Assembly: GCF_004010195.1 (NCBI RefSeq)
Contig: NC_057733.1
Coordinates: forward strand, 44,024,403-44,088,402
DNA from: Chiloscyllium plagiosum
Taxonomy: Eukaryota
Direction of reading: 5' to 3'
Length of the DNA: 64,000 bases
The notes beneath the pieces are model-generated. The model made no database searches and was not told the DNA's origin. It saw nothing but the letters and a program-made list of their open reading frames with translations. Below, in pieces: positions 39,450-52,083 of this stretch. The position numbers and the translations under genes are program-made. The stretch's first letter is position 1; each line of letters starts with the position of its first letter.

Positions 39450-41364
39450 CATTCCTGGATTGCTGCCTTGCTGTGGTGGAGAGGCTTGAGTGATCCATTG
39501 AGCCCAGGAGGGATACCGTCTGGAGTTCTTAACTACTGGCAGAGCTGGCCATAACGGTAGGTCGAGAGAGGAGGAATCAGACAAAGCACAATCCAAAACA
39601 AGTCCTCAATAGCTATTCGGGTGGAAGATATTAGTATATTTGAAGGCTGAAGTAATATGGAGACTCCCAGTCATCAAGGTTTACTTGCCACTGGAATTGG
39701 ATCAAGGAGTGTGAATCTGCTGATATGCAACAGCATTCTCATATTAAAAATGTCCCACACAAGACATTTACCTAGACAAATTGAAGAATTGAAAAGTCAT
39801 CGAGTAGACAGAATTCCAGCAGAGAATTTCAAACTTGTAGGAGCAGAGCTTATCTGTCATCTCTATCATATGTTCCTGAAGATCTGGGATAAAGAAGAAA
39901 TCTCATGGATGTTGTCATCACAAACATCTTCAAAAAAGAAGACGAAGTGGACTGTCAGAACTACCGAAGAATCTCCTTATTCTCCATCGTTGGGAAGATT
40001 GTTGCCTGAATCCTTGCTAGGTGCCTTTTCCAGTCTCTGAGGAAATCTTTCGTGAATGCTCGTGTGGCTTCCAACCAAACCAAGGAACATTACGTTCACT
40101 GCTTGTCAACTCCAAAAGAAATTCCAGGAATAACACCAACCACTCCACATGGCCTTCATCAACATGACCAAGGCTTTTGACTCAGTTGGTCAGGAAGTGT
40201 TATGGAAGACCCTGTCAAAAACTGACTATCCAGTGAAATTCATCAACATCCTCCATCTCCTACATAAGGTGTCAGTGAATATCCTCACCAATGGTAATAT
40301 GAAAGTATACTTTAAAGTTAAGACATGGGTCAAGCAGGGATGTAACATCACCCTTCATTGGCACCATTCTTCATCTTGTCAAGAACAAGATTCCCAGTAG
40401 TGTGGATACAGTGTACAGGATGGGTGGAAAACCTTTCAATCACAACAGTTTGAAATAGCAGAATAAAACAACACTGTGGAACTTCAGCATGGAGATGACA
40501 ATGCCATCTCTGCTCTCTCGAAAGGGAATATCCAAGCGTCACAACGCCTTCACTGAAGCATCACAAAGAACTGGTCTCAACCTCCAGAAAAGTTAAAAGC
40601 ATTCTAACCCGTCCCAAGTCGTGGTCAATCCCTACATTAAGATCAACAGAGAACTTTGCCAAAAGTGGAACATCTTCCTTACAGAGGAAGCTACCTCTTA
40701 TTGAAAGATGACATCTACGCGGAAATTCAACATCTCATTCAACCTGTAAGTACTGCCTTTGGATAGCTAAGCATTAGAGTCTTCAATTATGACATCGTGC
40801 TGATATCAAGATGCTTGTGTGGAAAGCAGTTACCCTTCCAACTCTTCCAAGTGGCTTCAAAGCTTGGATTACGTACGGATTCCACCTCAAAAAGTATTAT
40901 CATTGCTGTTTTAGAATGGATTCTGCTCTTCAGCTGTGAGGACAAGTGTACTAACATCAGCTTCCTTAAAGCAACCAACAGCACCAGTGTTGAAGCCATG
41001 ATCATCCAAAATGAAATCCATTGGGGTGGCCATGTTCTTAGGATGCCTGATTTTTGACAACCAAAGCAAATCATCTTCACTGAGCTCAAGGAAGGTACTC
41101 AGATGAAAGGAGGACAGAGAAAACATTTCAAAGACTCCCTGAAAGCTTCCTTCAAGAAATACAACATTGATATCAATGCATGGGAGACCATCATTCAAAA
41201 GAAACTCCTGTATAAAGAGATATAAATCTTTGAGAACACCTGTTGGCAAGAGGAAGGACAGAAAAGGAACCAAAGAAAGAAGTCCTCAGAACTGATGACC
41301 AGTGACATGATTTCCTCGGTGGACAATCATACTCGATAGCAAGTGACTGTCAATAACAACGAGA
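39450..41364 (+). mobile_element. Degraded, internally deleted RTE-clade (BovB/Expander-like) LINE inserted in a CR1
   Basis: RTE-type 5' motif GCCTTGCTGTGGTGGAGAGGCTTG, then DRIPAENFK, AFINMTKAFDSV, VKQGC, HWGGHVLRMPD and GQRKHFKDSLK. Imperfect duplication GATAAACC/GATGAACC. Confidence 0.75.
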
Positions 41365-41971
41365 GATGAACCTGAAAACAATAGGCTATGGAGTTGAACA
41401 TCTGTGGTAAGGAAACTATTGGAAAAAATTCTGAGGGACAAAATTAATCCTTGCCCCTCCAAGCAGGGATTAATCAGGGATAATCAACATAGCTTTGTAA
41501 AGGGAAGATCATATCTAACAAATTGAAATTTGACAGAAGGTGTGTACACGGGGGTAGTACAGTTGATGTAGTCTATGTGGACTTCTGTAAGGCTTTTGAC
41601 AAGCTCTCATATGGCAGACTGTTTAATAGCTTGGAGCCCAGGGGATCTAGAGCATTTTAGCACAATGGATCCAAAATTAGCTTAGTGGCAGGGTACAGCA
41701 GGTGATGGTCAAAGGGTGTTTTTGTGATGTAACATAGCGTTCCTGGGTCTCTTGCTGTTTATTGCGCACATTAATGATCAATGTAGGAGGTAGAACCAAT
41801 AAGTTTGCAGGTGACATGAAAATCAATGGTGTGGTAAATAGTGAGGAGGAAAGCCTAAGACTACAGGATGATATAGACGGTCTGATTATTAACAGTGGCA
41901 AATGGAATTTAATCTGGAAAAGTATGCAATGATGCATTTTGGGAGGATTAGCAGAACAAGGTAGAACATTA

Positions 41972-43228
41972 GGAACTGAAAAATATGTTGCTGGAAAAGC
42001 GCAGCAGTTCAGACAGCATCAAAGGAGCAGGAGAATCGACGTTTCGGGCATAAGCCCTTCTTCAGGAATGAGGAGGATGTGCCATGCAGACTAAGATACA
42101 TAAGCCCTTGTTCAGGAATGAGGAGCGTGTGCCAAGCAGGATAAGATAAAAGGTAGGGAGGAGAGACTTGGGGGAGGGGCATTGGGAATGCGATAAGTGG
42201 AAGGAGGTTAAGGTGAGGATGATAGGCCGTAGAGGGGGTGGGGGCGGAGAGGTCGGGAAGAAGATTGCAGGTCAAGAAGGTGGTGCGCTGGAGAAATCTG
42301 CATTCATCCCTTGTGGTTGGAGGGTTCCTAAGCGGAAGATGAGGTGCTCTTCCTCCAGGCACCATGTTGCCATGGTCTGGCAATGGAGGAGGCCAAGGAC
42401 CTGCATGTCCTTGGCGGAGTGGGAAGGGGAGTTAAAGTGTTCAGCCACGGGGCGGTTGGGTTGGTTGGTGCGGGTGTCCCAGAGGTGTTCTCTGAAACAT
42501 TCCGCAAGTAGGCGGCCTGTCTCCCCAATGTATAGGAGGCCACATCGGGTACAGCGGATGCAGTAAATGATGTGTGTGGAGGTGCAGGTGAATTTGTGAT
42601 GGATATGGAAGGATCCCTTTGAGCCTTAGAGGGGAGTGAGGGGGGACATGTGGGTGCAGGTTTTGCATTTCTTGCGGTTGCAGGGGAAGGTGCCGGGAGT
42701 GGAGGTTGGGTTGGTGGGGGGTGTGGACCTGACGAGGGAGTCGCGGAGCGAGTGGTCTTTCCGGAACGCTGATAGGGGAGGGGAGGGAAATATATCCTTG
42801 GTGATGGGGTCTATTTGGAGGTGGCAGAAATGACGAAGGATGATACGGTGGTAGGTGAGGACCAGTGGGGTTCTGTCCTGGTGGCGATTGGAGGGGCGGG
42901 GTTCAAGGGCGGAGGAGCGGGAAGTGGAGGAGATGCAGTGGATAGCATTGTCAACCACGTCTGAGGGGAAATTGCAGTCTTTGAAGAAGGAGGCCGTCTG
43001 GGTTGTTTGGTATTGGAATTGGTCCTCCTGGGAGCAGATGCGGCAGAGGCGAAGAAATTGGGAATATGGGATGGCGTTTTTACAGGGGCAGGGTGGGAGG
43101 AGGTGTAATCTAGGTAACTGGGAGTCAGTCGGTTTATAATAAACGTCGTTTTGAGTCGGTCGTCCGAGATAGAAATGGAGAGGTCTAGGAAGGGGAGGGG
43201 GGAGTCTGAGACGGTCCAGGTAAATTAG
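41972..43228 (-). mobile_element. 5'-truncated Penelope-like element (Neptune-type): RT thumb, Cys-rich linker, GIY-YIG endonuclease, 3' terminal repeat
   Basis: Frameshifted ORF pieces YYKPTDS, AIPYSQFLRLCRICS, PLVLTYH, PCNRKKCKTC. Hammerhead-bearing terminal repeat at the left end. Inserted in a CR1. Confidence 0.85.
42034..42069 (-). ncRNA. Minimal type-I hammerhead ribozyme motif
   Basis: The minus strand reads CTGAAGA-AGGGC-TTAT-GCCC-GAAACGTC. Confidence 0.72.
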
Positions 43229-44589
43229 GAAGTATGGAGGATGACAGGGACCTTGGTGTGCATGTCTACTGATCTTTGTTGGCAACAGAACAGGTAGATA
43301 AGGTGATCAAGAAGACATTGGGATACTTGTCTTTATTAGTGAAGGTGCTGATTACAAGAGCAAGAAGGTCATGATGGAGCTGCATACAATGTTAGTTAGA
43401 GCACAGCTAAACTATTGTGGGCCGTTTGTAATCTCACGATAGAAAGGATGCGGTTGCACTAGACACAGTGCAGAAGAGATTCACCAAAAAGTTATTCAGC
43501 TGTAAAGAGAGACTACATAACTGGTGTTGTTTTCCTTAGAACGGTGAGGGGGCGGCTATACAAAGTTTTGAAGGAAATTTTTACCCTTAGTGGAAGGGTC
43601 AACAACCAGTTGGTACAGTTTTAAGGTAAGGAGCAAGAGTGTTAGAGGGGATTTAGGAAAAATATTTTTGACTCAGTTGTGGTCATTTGGAACTCACTGC
43701 TCAAATCATTTAAGAACTATTTAGATGAGCACTGGCGATACAAAACTATGGGCCAATTGCTGGTAAATGGAAGGAGAATGTGACCAGCACAGATATGATG
43801 GGCCAAAGGGTTTCCTTCTGTGCTGTAAAAACTCTCGGATTTATCTGCACACGTCTGTGTCAAATGTCATCTTGAGACCTTTGCAGGTAGCTGTCTCTGT
43901 TGTATGATCAACCAGTGGTTTTCAAGACAAAGTGGACTATTTTACAGTCTGTCCTGTCTTTCAATGCCTCATCTGTTTGATCTGCAGACAGCTCCATCAA
44001 AATTTTATTGGGACGAGATTATGAACTAAATTGTTTTGGATTCAAATAGGAAATCGGTTAAATCAAAACTTAAACCACCTCGTTTCAGAGGATTTTTTTC
44101 TTCGAACAGAGACCTTTCTTCTGTTAAGAATAATTAGTTAAAATGATTATGGGGAGGTGAAGGTGTTGTAGTATAGCAAATAGAGTTTGTTTGCAAGTTG
44201 ATTTGTACACAAATCAGAACAATGCAAGATAATGCAAAGCAGCTGTTTTTAAGTACAGAAAATATTCGTATGTTGGATCTTTAAAAATACACCCCTGTAT
44301 GCGATTGTGTTCACAAGAATCAGAATTTGTAAACAGGGAACCTCCTGTATTTCCAGTGGTCTAGTATTGCAGAGACCTAGAGGGATCAAATTCCATAATT
44401 TAAAGTTTGAATTTGAAATAAATATCTGGAATTAAAAGTCTAATGATGACCATTGTCATAAAAACCCATCTGGTTTACTAATGTCCTTTGAGGGAAGAAA
44501 AGAAATCGGTTTCCTACTTGGTGTGACCTACATGTGACTCCAGACCCACAACAATGTGGTTAAATTTTAGCTAGCCTCTGAACTACCCA

Positions 44590-44804
44590 GGAGAAAGTGA
44601 GGTCTGCAGATGCTGGAGATCAGAGATGGAAATGTGTTGCTGGAAAAGCGCAGCAGGTCAGGCAGCATCTAGGGAACAGGAGAATCGACGTTTCGGGCAT
44701 TAGCCCTTCCTGAAGAAGGGCTAATGCCCGAAACGTCGATTCTCCTGTTCCCTAGATGCTGCCTGACCTGCTGCGCTTTTCCAGCAACACATTTCCATCT
44801 CTGA
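44590..44804. mobile_element. Fold-back Penelope-terminal-repeat insertion (perfect 90-bp inverted arms)
   Basis: Arms 44620-44709 and 44715-44804 are exact reverse complements. Flanking duplication CTCTGAACTACCCA at 44576-44589 and 44799-44812. Confidence 0.9.
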
Positions 44805-44879
44805 ACTACCCAACCAAGCCATGAAAGTATATCACATCATAAAGTACCAAGACAAGAAGTGAAGCCAGACTGATACCTT

Positions 44880-46908
44880 GCACCAACCTCAGCACTGGAA
44901 AGCCCACCTTCCGAGGACCCCTTCGCCCACCTCCAACACACTGCATCCACCTGGACACCCCACCCTGGCCTATTACCTGCCCTCAACCTCTTCATTTCCA
45001 ACTGCCGCCGGGACATTAACCTCTTCAACCTGTCGACCTCCCTCCCCCACTCCAACCTCTCACCCTCACAACGCGTAGACCTCCAATCCCTCTACTCTAA
45101 TCCCAACCTCACCATTAAGCCAGCGGATAAAGGGGGCATAGTGGTAGTCTTGCGCACTGACCTCTACACTGCTGAAGCCAAACGCCAACTCGAGGGCACC
45201 TCTTCCTACTGCCCCCTCGACCATGACCCCACCCCCCATCACCAAACCATCATCTCCCAGACCATACAGAACCTCATCACCCCAGGAGATCTCCCACCCA
45301 CAGCTTCCAACCTCATAGTCCGGGAACCCGCACTGCCCCGTTCTACCTCCTTCCCAAGATCCACAAGCCTGACCACCCTGGCCGAACCATTGTCTCAGCA
45401 AGCTCCTGCCCCACTGAACTCATCTCTACCTACCTCGACCAGGAACTCCCCACATACGTTAGAGACACCACCCACGCCCTCCACCTCCTCCAAGACTTCC
45501 GTTTCCCCGGCCCCCAACGCCTTATCTTCACCATGGATATCCAATCCCTCTATACCTCCATCCGCCATGACCAGGGCCTCTAAGCCTTCCGTTTTTTCCT
45601 CTCCAGACATCCCCAACAGTACCCTTCCACCGACACTCTCATTCGTTTGGCCGAACTGGTTCTCACCCTTAACAATTTCTCCTTTGAATCCTCCCACTTC
45701 CTCCAGACCAAACGGGTAGCCATGGGCACACGTATGGGCCCCAGCAATGCCTGTCTCTTTGTTGGCTACGTAGAACAGTTGATCTCCCGTAATTACACCG
45801 GCACCACTCCCCACCACTTCCTCCGCTACATTGATGACTGCATTGGCGCCACCTCGTGCTCCCACGAGGAGGTTGAGCAATTCATCAACTTCACCAAAAC
45901 ATTCCACCCTGACCTTAAATTTACCTGGACCATCTCCGACACCTGGCTCCCCTTCCTGGACCTCTCCATCTCCAATAATGANNNNNNNNNNNNNNNNNNN
46001 NNNNNNNNNNNNNNNNNNNNNNNNNNNNNNNNNNNNNNNNNNNNNNNNNNNNNNNNNNNNNNNNNNNNNNNNNNNNNNNNNNNNNNNNNNNNNNNNNNNN
46101 NNNNNNNNNNNNNNNNNNNNNNNNNNNNNNNNNNNNNNNNNNNNNNNNNNNNNNNNNNNNNNNNNNNNNNNNNNNNNNNNNNNNNNNNNNNNNNNNNNNN
46201 NNNNNNNNNNNNNNNNNNNNNNNNNNNNNNNNNNNNNNNNNNNNNNNNNNNNNNNNNNNNNNNNNNNNNNNNNNNNNNNNNNNNNNNNNNNNNNNNNNNN
46301 NNNNNNNNNNNNNNNNNNNNNNNNNNNNNNNNNNNNNNNNNNNNNNNNNNNNNNNNNNNNNNNNNNNNNNNNNNNNNNNNNNNNNNNNNNNNNNNNNNNN
46401 NNNNNNNNNNNNNNNNNNNNNNNNNNNNNNNNNNNNNNNNNNNNNNNNNNNNNNNNNNNNNNNNNNNNNNNNNNNNNNNNNNNNNNNNNNNNNNNNNNNN
46501 NNNNNNNNNNNNNNNNNNNNNNNNNNNNNNNNNNNNNNNNNNNNNNNNNNNNNNNNNNNNNNNNNNNNNNNNNNNNNNNNNNNNNNNNNNNNNNNNNNNN
46601 NNNNNNNNNNNNNNNNNNNNNNNNNNNNNNNNNNNNNNNNNNNNNNNNNNNNNNNNNNNNNNNNNNNNNNNNNNNNNNNNNNNNNNNNNNNNNNNNNNNN
46701 NNNNNNNNNNNNNNNNNNNNNNNNNNNNNNNNTGTCCGGACTTGTCCGACCTGCCTAGCTTTCTCCCCACCCCCACCTAGCTTATCTCTCCACGCTTCAG
46801 GCTCTCTGCCTTTATTCCTGATGAAGGGCTTTTGCCCGAAACGTCGATTTTGCTGCTCGTCGGATGCTGCCTGAATTGCTGTGCTCTTCCAGCACCACTG
46901 ATCCAGAA
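44880..46908 (+). mobile_element. Penelope-like element (Neptune-type) RT, interrupted by the N-gap 45982-46732
   Basis: IKPADKGG, GTRMGPSNACLFVGY, RYIDD and PFLDL motifs. Terminal repeat with a hammerhead follows the gap. Confidence 0.85.
46814..46849 (+). ncRNA. Minimal type-I hammerhead ribozyme motif
   Basis: CTGATGA core, stem II GGGC/GCCC, GAAA, palindromic ACGT helix III, GTC cleavage triplet (46843-46845). Confidence 0.75.
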
Positions 46909-48829
46909 CTGGAAATAATAACACAGTCCTGTCAGCTCTGCAAAGCTCTCCTAATTAATATCTTACAAAACTTCTTAGAAAACACCTTCCAAAACCACAA
47001 CCACTACCATCTAAAAGAATAAGGACAGCAGATGCATAGAACACTAGCGATTGCAAATTCCCCTCCGAGTCACACACCATCCAGACTTGGAAATATATCA
47101 CTGATCTTTCAGTGTTGCTGAGTCAAAATTCTGAAACTTCTACCCTAACAGCATTCTGAGTTTACCTTCACCAAACGGACTACAGCAGTTTAAGAAAGCA
47201 GCTCACCAACACTTTCTTGAAGGCATTTACGAATAAGTAAGCAATGGTGGCCCAGTCAACAAAACTCCAACCCCATGAATAAATTTAAAACAAAAGCTTG
47301 ACTGTATCTCTCAATGACCCAGCTATGTTTTAAGCATGAAGTCATGAGAACCAGAAAATCCCAGTTTGAATAGATTATTTTAATAACTGCAGATGAGAGG
47401 TGAAGGTTAAAGCAGTTAGAAATCCCAATTAGTAGTGGATGAGGATAGGTGTAGATTGGTTGCAACATTTCACACAATTAATAATGACGATTACAAAAGG
47501 GCATCTGACATCTGTAGAATGACAGTGCAGATTTTAAAAAAGGGGAGAATTTGTCAAAGGAAAGACACTTAATGATCTTTTTACCGGATTGTAAACAACT
47601 AATCCTGTTGAATGATCAACATAGTGTTCGGCAACACAAGATAGGAAACAGGATGCAGAGTTACGCAATAACCTTCACAGCTTATTGATATGGTGTGCAT
47701 AGGACTGTTACTTTTCATTTACATTGTGTTGTTTAACTAAGCCAATCAGGAAACATGAGTTAACTCCTTCCCAATCTATTTATTGGTCATTTTATCAACT
47801 TTTAACTTCTATTACGAAACATCAATCTTTTAAATGAAAATGATGGAATTCAAATTAAACTCGCTTTTTTACACACAAGTGTGTGTTTAAACTGGGTGAA
47901 CAGACGATCTTCGCCCACCTCACAGTTCAATGGGTCAGCATAACAACATGCACTTGCAAGGTGCCTCAGAAAAACATATTGATCCTAAGTCAAAGAAAGA
48001 GATACGGGAATGGGTGACAAAAGCCTTGGTCAAATAGACAGGTCAGCTTGAAAGGCATAAAAAACACAGGTGCAAATTTTAAGAGAATTCTGAAATTAGG
48101 ACTTACATAGCTCAAGTCAAGGGCATCATCATTTGCCAGTTAGAGTGGGATTCTAAAGAGGAACACAGAGTTCTTGGTGGGCTTAGGAGGTTACAGACAT
48201 GAGAGGGATGAGGCCATGGAAAGATTTGAACACGAGATAAAATGTTAAAATCCAAGCCTTGCTGGACCAGGAATCAATGTAGATGGGAGCGCACAGGAGT
48301 GAGCAGGAGATGTAGAAGTAACAGCAAAAACACTTCCCGTTTATGTAGCATCTTCAATGTGGTTTGAGATGTCAAGGTGCTTCGGGGGAGCATGTGATTC
48401 TGAGTCACATAAAATGGTTAGAATGTTTACAGTATAGAAGATGATGATTCAGTTGTTTTGTCAGTGCTGGGTCTCTGCAAGAAAAGTTCAGCATGCCCAC
48501 TGCTCTGCCTTTTCCCTGTAACACTGCCGGAGAAATGGAAACATCACCAGAGTAATTCAGATGTCCAGACTATTGCCTTAGGGGCAAGAGGTTTAAATTC
48601 CACTAAAATTTGAAGTCAGTTAATAAATTTGGAATATATAGCTGGTATCAGTAATGGTGACCATGACATGTATCATCTGGTTCACTAACATCCTTTTAGG
48701 AAATCTGCCAGCCTTACTCAGGCCAGAGATTCCAAACCCATAATAGTGTGGTTGATACTTATCTGCCCTCGAACCTAGCAAACCAATCCAACAAAAGGCA
48801 CATAAAGCAACTTAAGGTAAATATTAAAA

Positions 48830-49690
48830 CAAGATATAGGAACAGAATAAGGCCATTTGGCCCATCATGTCTGCTCCACCATTCAATCATGGCTGATATC
48901 TTTCTAAACTCCATTCTCCTGTCTTCTCCTTTTAACTGTTGATCCCCTTACTGAGCTCTGACTTAAATGTATCCAATGTCCGGGGCACCACCTTCTGCAG
49001 ATTAACCACCCTCTGACTGAAATATCACCTCCGCATCACAGTTCTAAAAGGTCATCCCTTCACTCTGAGGCCATCCCTTCACTCTCCTACTAGTGGAAAC
49101 ATCTTCTTCATGTCCACTCTATCCAGGCCTCTCAATACTTTGTAAGTTCAAATAGATCCCCCCTCCCCCGCCCCACTCCCCCCAAACCTTTTAAACTCCA
49201 TTGTGTATAGACCCAGATTCCTCGACTGCTTATCATATGATAAGCCCTTCATCACTGGGATTATTCCTGTAAACGTCATTTGGGCCCCCTCCAAAATCCA
49301 ACAATTCCTTCCTTAGATACGGGGCCTAAAACAATATTCCAAACGATGTTTGACCAGAGCCTCATGTAGCCTCAGCAGGACATCTTTGCTCTTGTTTCCC
49401 AACCCTGATGAAATGAATGCCATTTGCTTTCCTAACCACCAAGTGAATGCATGTTAACTTTAAGAGAATCCTGAATTTGGACTCCCAAGTCCCTTTTCGT
49501 GCATCAGTTTTCCAAAAGTCTTTTCCTGTTTAGAAAATACTCTGTGCCTCCATCCGTTCCACCAAAATGCATAACCTCCACTTTTCCACATTGTAGTCCA
49601 TCTGCCACTTCTTTGCTCACTAACCTAGCACATCCAAGTCCTTCTGAAACCTCTCCGCTTCAACATTACCTGCCCCTACACCTAACGGCC
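48830..49690 (-). mobile_element. CR1 3' portion, degraded
   Basis: Homology to the other CR1 3' regions. Confidence 0.7.
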
Positions 49691-50982
49691 TGTAATTCTG
49701 AGTGGAGGCAAGGTAATGCAATAGAGTCAAAGAATTAGTGAGTTTTGAGAAGATTTGTAGCTCAGGCTGAGGTTCTGGATGTAAGTTTGCTTGCTGAACT
49801 GGAAGGTTCATTTCCAGATGATTCGTCACCATACTAGGTAACATCTTCAGTGGGCCTCCGGGCGAAGCACTGCTGCTGATTTCTGCTATCTATTTATAGA
49901 TTTGGGTTTCTTTGGGTTGAAGTGGTGTCCTTCCTTGTCTGTATGTAAAGATACGAGTGAGAGAGAGTCATGTTGTTTTGTGGCTAGTTGATGTTTATGT
50001 ATCCTGATGGCTAGTTTTCTGCCTGTTTGTCCAACGTAGTGTTTGTTACAGTTCTTGCACGGTATTGTGTAAATAACATTAGTTTTGCTTGTTGTCTGTA
50101 TAGGGTCTTTCAAGTTCATTAGCTGCTGTTTTAGTGTGTTGGTGGGTTTGTGGGCTACCATGATGCCAAGGGGTCTGAGTAGTCTGGCAGTCAGTTCCGA
50201 GATGTCTTTGATGTAGGGGAGAGTGGCTAGGGTTTCTGGACATGTTTTGTCTGCTTGTTTGGGTTTTTTCTGAGAAATCGGCGGACTGTGTTCATTGGGT
50301 ACCCATTCTTTTTGAATACACGGTATAGGTGATTTTCCTCTGTTCTGTGTAGTTCCTCTGTGCTGCAGTGTGTGTTGGCTCGTTGAAATAATGTTCTGAT
50401 GCAGCTTCGTTTGTGGGTGTTGGGATGATTGCTTCTGTAGTTCAAGATTTGGTCTTTACATTTTGTTTTCCTGTCGATGCTGGTTTGAAGTACCCCATTG
50501 CCTGTTCGCTCTACTGTGACAGAGGAATAGCAGTTTACTGTTGTTTTCCTCCCCTTTAGTGAATTTTACATCAGTAAGGATATTATTGATGGTCTTGACC
50601 AAAGACTAAAACAGTTAGTAGAAGACTCACGCCACTCCACCCAAGAATTCCAGAAGACCATCAAAGACGCTAAGATGATGAAATAACGGTCTCCTTTGAT
50701 GTAACAGCCCTGTTTACATTAATCAACATTAACCTGGCCAAGGAAACACTGACTACACTATTAGAAGACCCAAAGACACATACACTAAACACCACTAACT
50801 TCATCAGCAAGGACAGTATTGTCAAACTAGTGGACCTATGCCTTACCACACACTTTTACCTTCAACAAAACCTACAGACAAACCAATGGAACACCCATGG
50901 GATCTCCGATATTAGGGTTCTTAGCAGAGGCAGTAATGCAGAGACTGTTGTGGTTCTGTTCGCTGAGCTGGGAATTTGTGTT

Positions 50983-51022
50983 GCAGACGTTTCGTCCCCT
51001 GTCCAGGTGACATCCTCAGTGC
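50983..51022 (-). ncRNA. Minimal type-I hammerhead ribozyme motif
   Basis: The minus strand reads GCA-CTGAGGA-T-GTCACCT-GGAC-AGGGGAC-GAAACGTC-TGC, with stem I GCA/TGC. Confidence 0.78.
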
Positions 51023-52043
51023 TTGATCCTCCGTCCACAAGATTAGAACAAACAGTCTTACTGCAAATTCAACCCAAACTCTGGGTCAGATATGTAGATG
51101 ACACCTTTGTAATCATTAAAAACACAGAAATAGAAAACACACACCGGATCATCAACGCCACACTCACAGGAATCAGATTCACTAGAGAGGAAGAAAAGGA
51201 CAACCAACTCCCATTCCTAGACGTGATGATACAGAGAACACCGAACGGAGAATTCACCACAAAGGAAAACCACACACACAGACCAAGTCCTGAACTATGA
51301 AAGCAACCCCCCCAACACACACAAAAGAAGTTGCATCAAGACACTGTTCAAAAGGGCCACAACATGCTGCAGCACACCAGAACTGCAAAAAGAGGAAGAA
51401 GAACACCTCTACAATGTATTCGCCAAAAACAGATACCCGCGCAATTTCATCAACAGATGCCTAAGGGAAAGACAACGGAATGAAGACATGCCACAACCTA
51501 AAGGACTAGCCACACTACCATACATCAAGAACATTTCTGAACTGACAGCCAGACTACTATGACCACTAGGACTCATAACAGCACACAGACCAACAGCCAC
51601 TATCAGACAACATCTCACCAGGACAAAAGACCCGATACCCAGCATGAGCAAAACCAATGTAGTGTACGAAATCCCATGCAAGGACTGCACAAAACACTAC
51701 ATAGGACAAACAGGAAGACAGCTAACGATCCGTATCCATGAACACCAACTAGCCACGAAACGACATGCCAGCTATCCTTAGTAGCCATACACGCAGATGA
51801 CAAGCAACATGAGTTCGACTGGGACAACACTACTATTATAGGACAAGCCAAACAGAGAACAGCCAGGGAATTCCTAGAGGCATGGCACTCATCCACAGAT
51901 TCTATCAACAAACACATCGACCTGGACCCAATATACCAGCCACTGCAGCTGGACAGCTGGAACTGACAACCGGAAGCGGCAGAGACAAACCACTATAAAA
52001 ACCGGAGGAAACGTCACAGAAGCGCTTCACAGGAGGCTCCCAA

Positions 52044-52083
52044 GCACTGAGGATGTCACCTAGACAGGGGACGAAACATCTGC
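52044..52083 (+). ncRNA. Hammerhead motif with a GTC>ATC change
   Basis: GCA-CTGAGGA-T-GTCACCT-AGAC-AGGGGAC-GAAACATC-TGC. The helix III palindrome is broken. Confidence 0.55.

Larger units (their letters stand above)
38480..43832 (+). mobile_element. Long degraded CR1 hosting SINE, RTE and Penelope insertions
   Basis: CR1 segments at about 38480-39445, 41365-41970 and 43230-43832 are collinear (KSPSPD, VDFCKAFDK, KFAGDMK, 3' tail). Confidence 0.75.
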
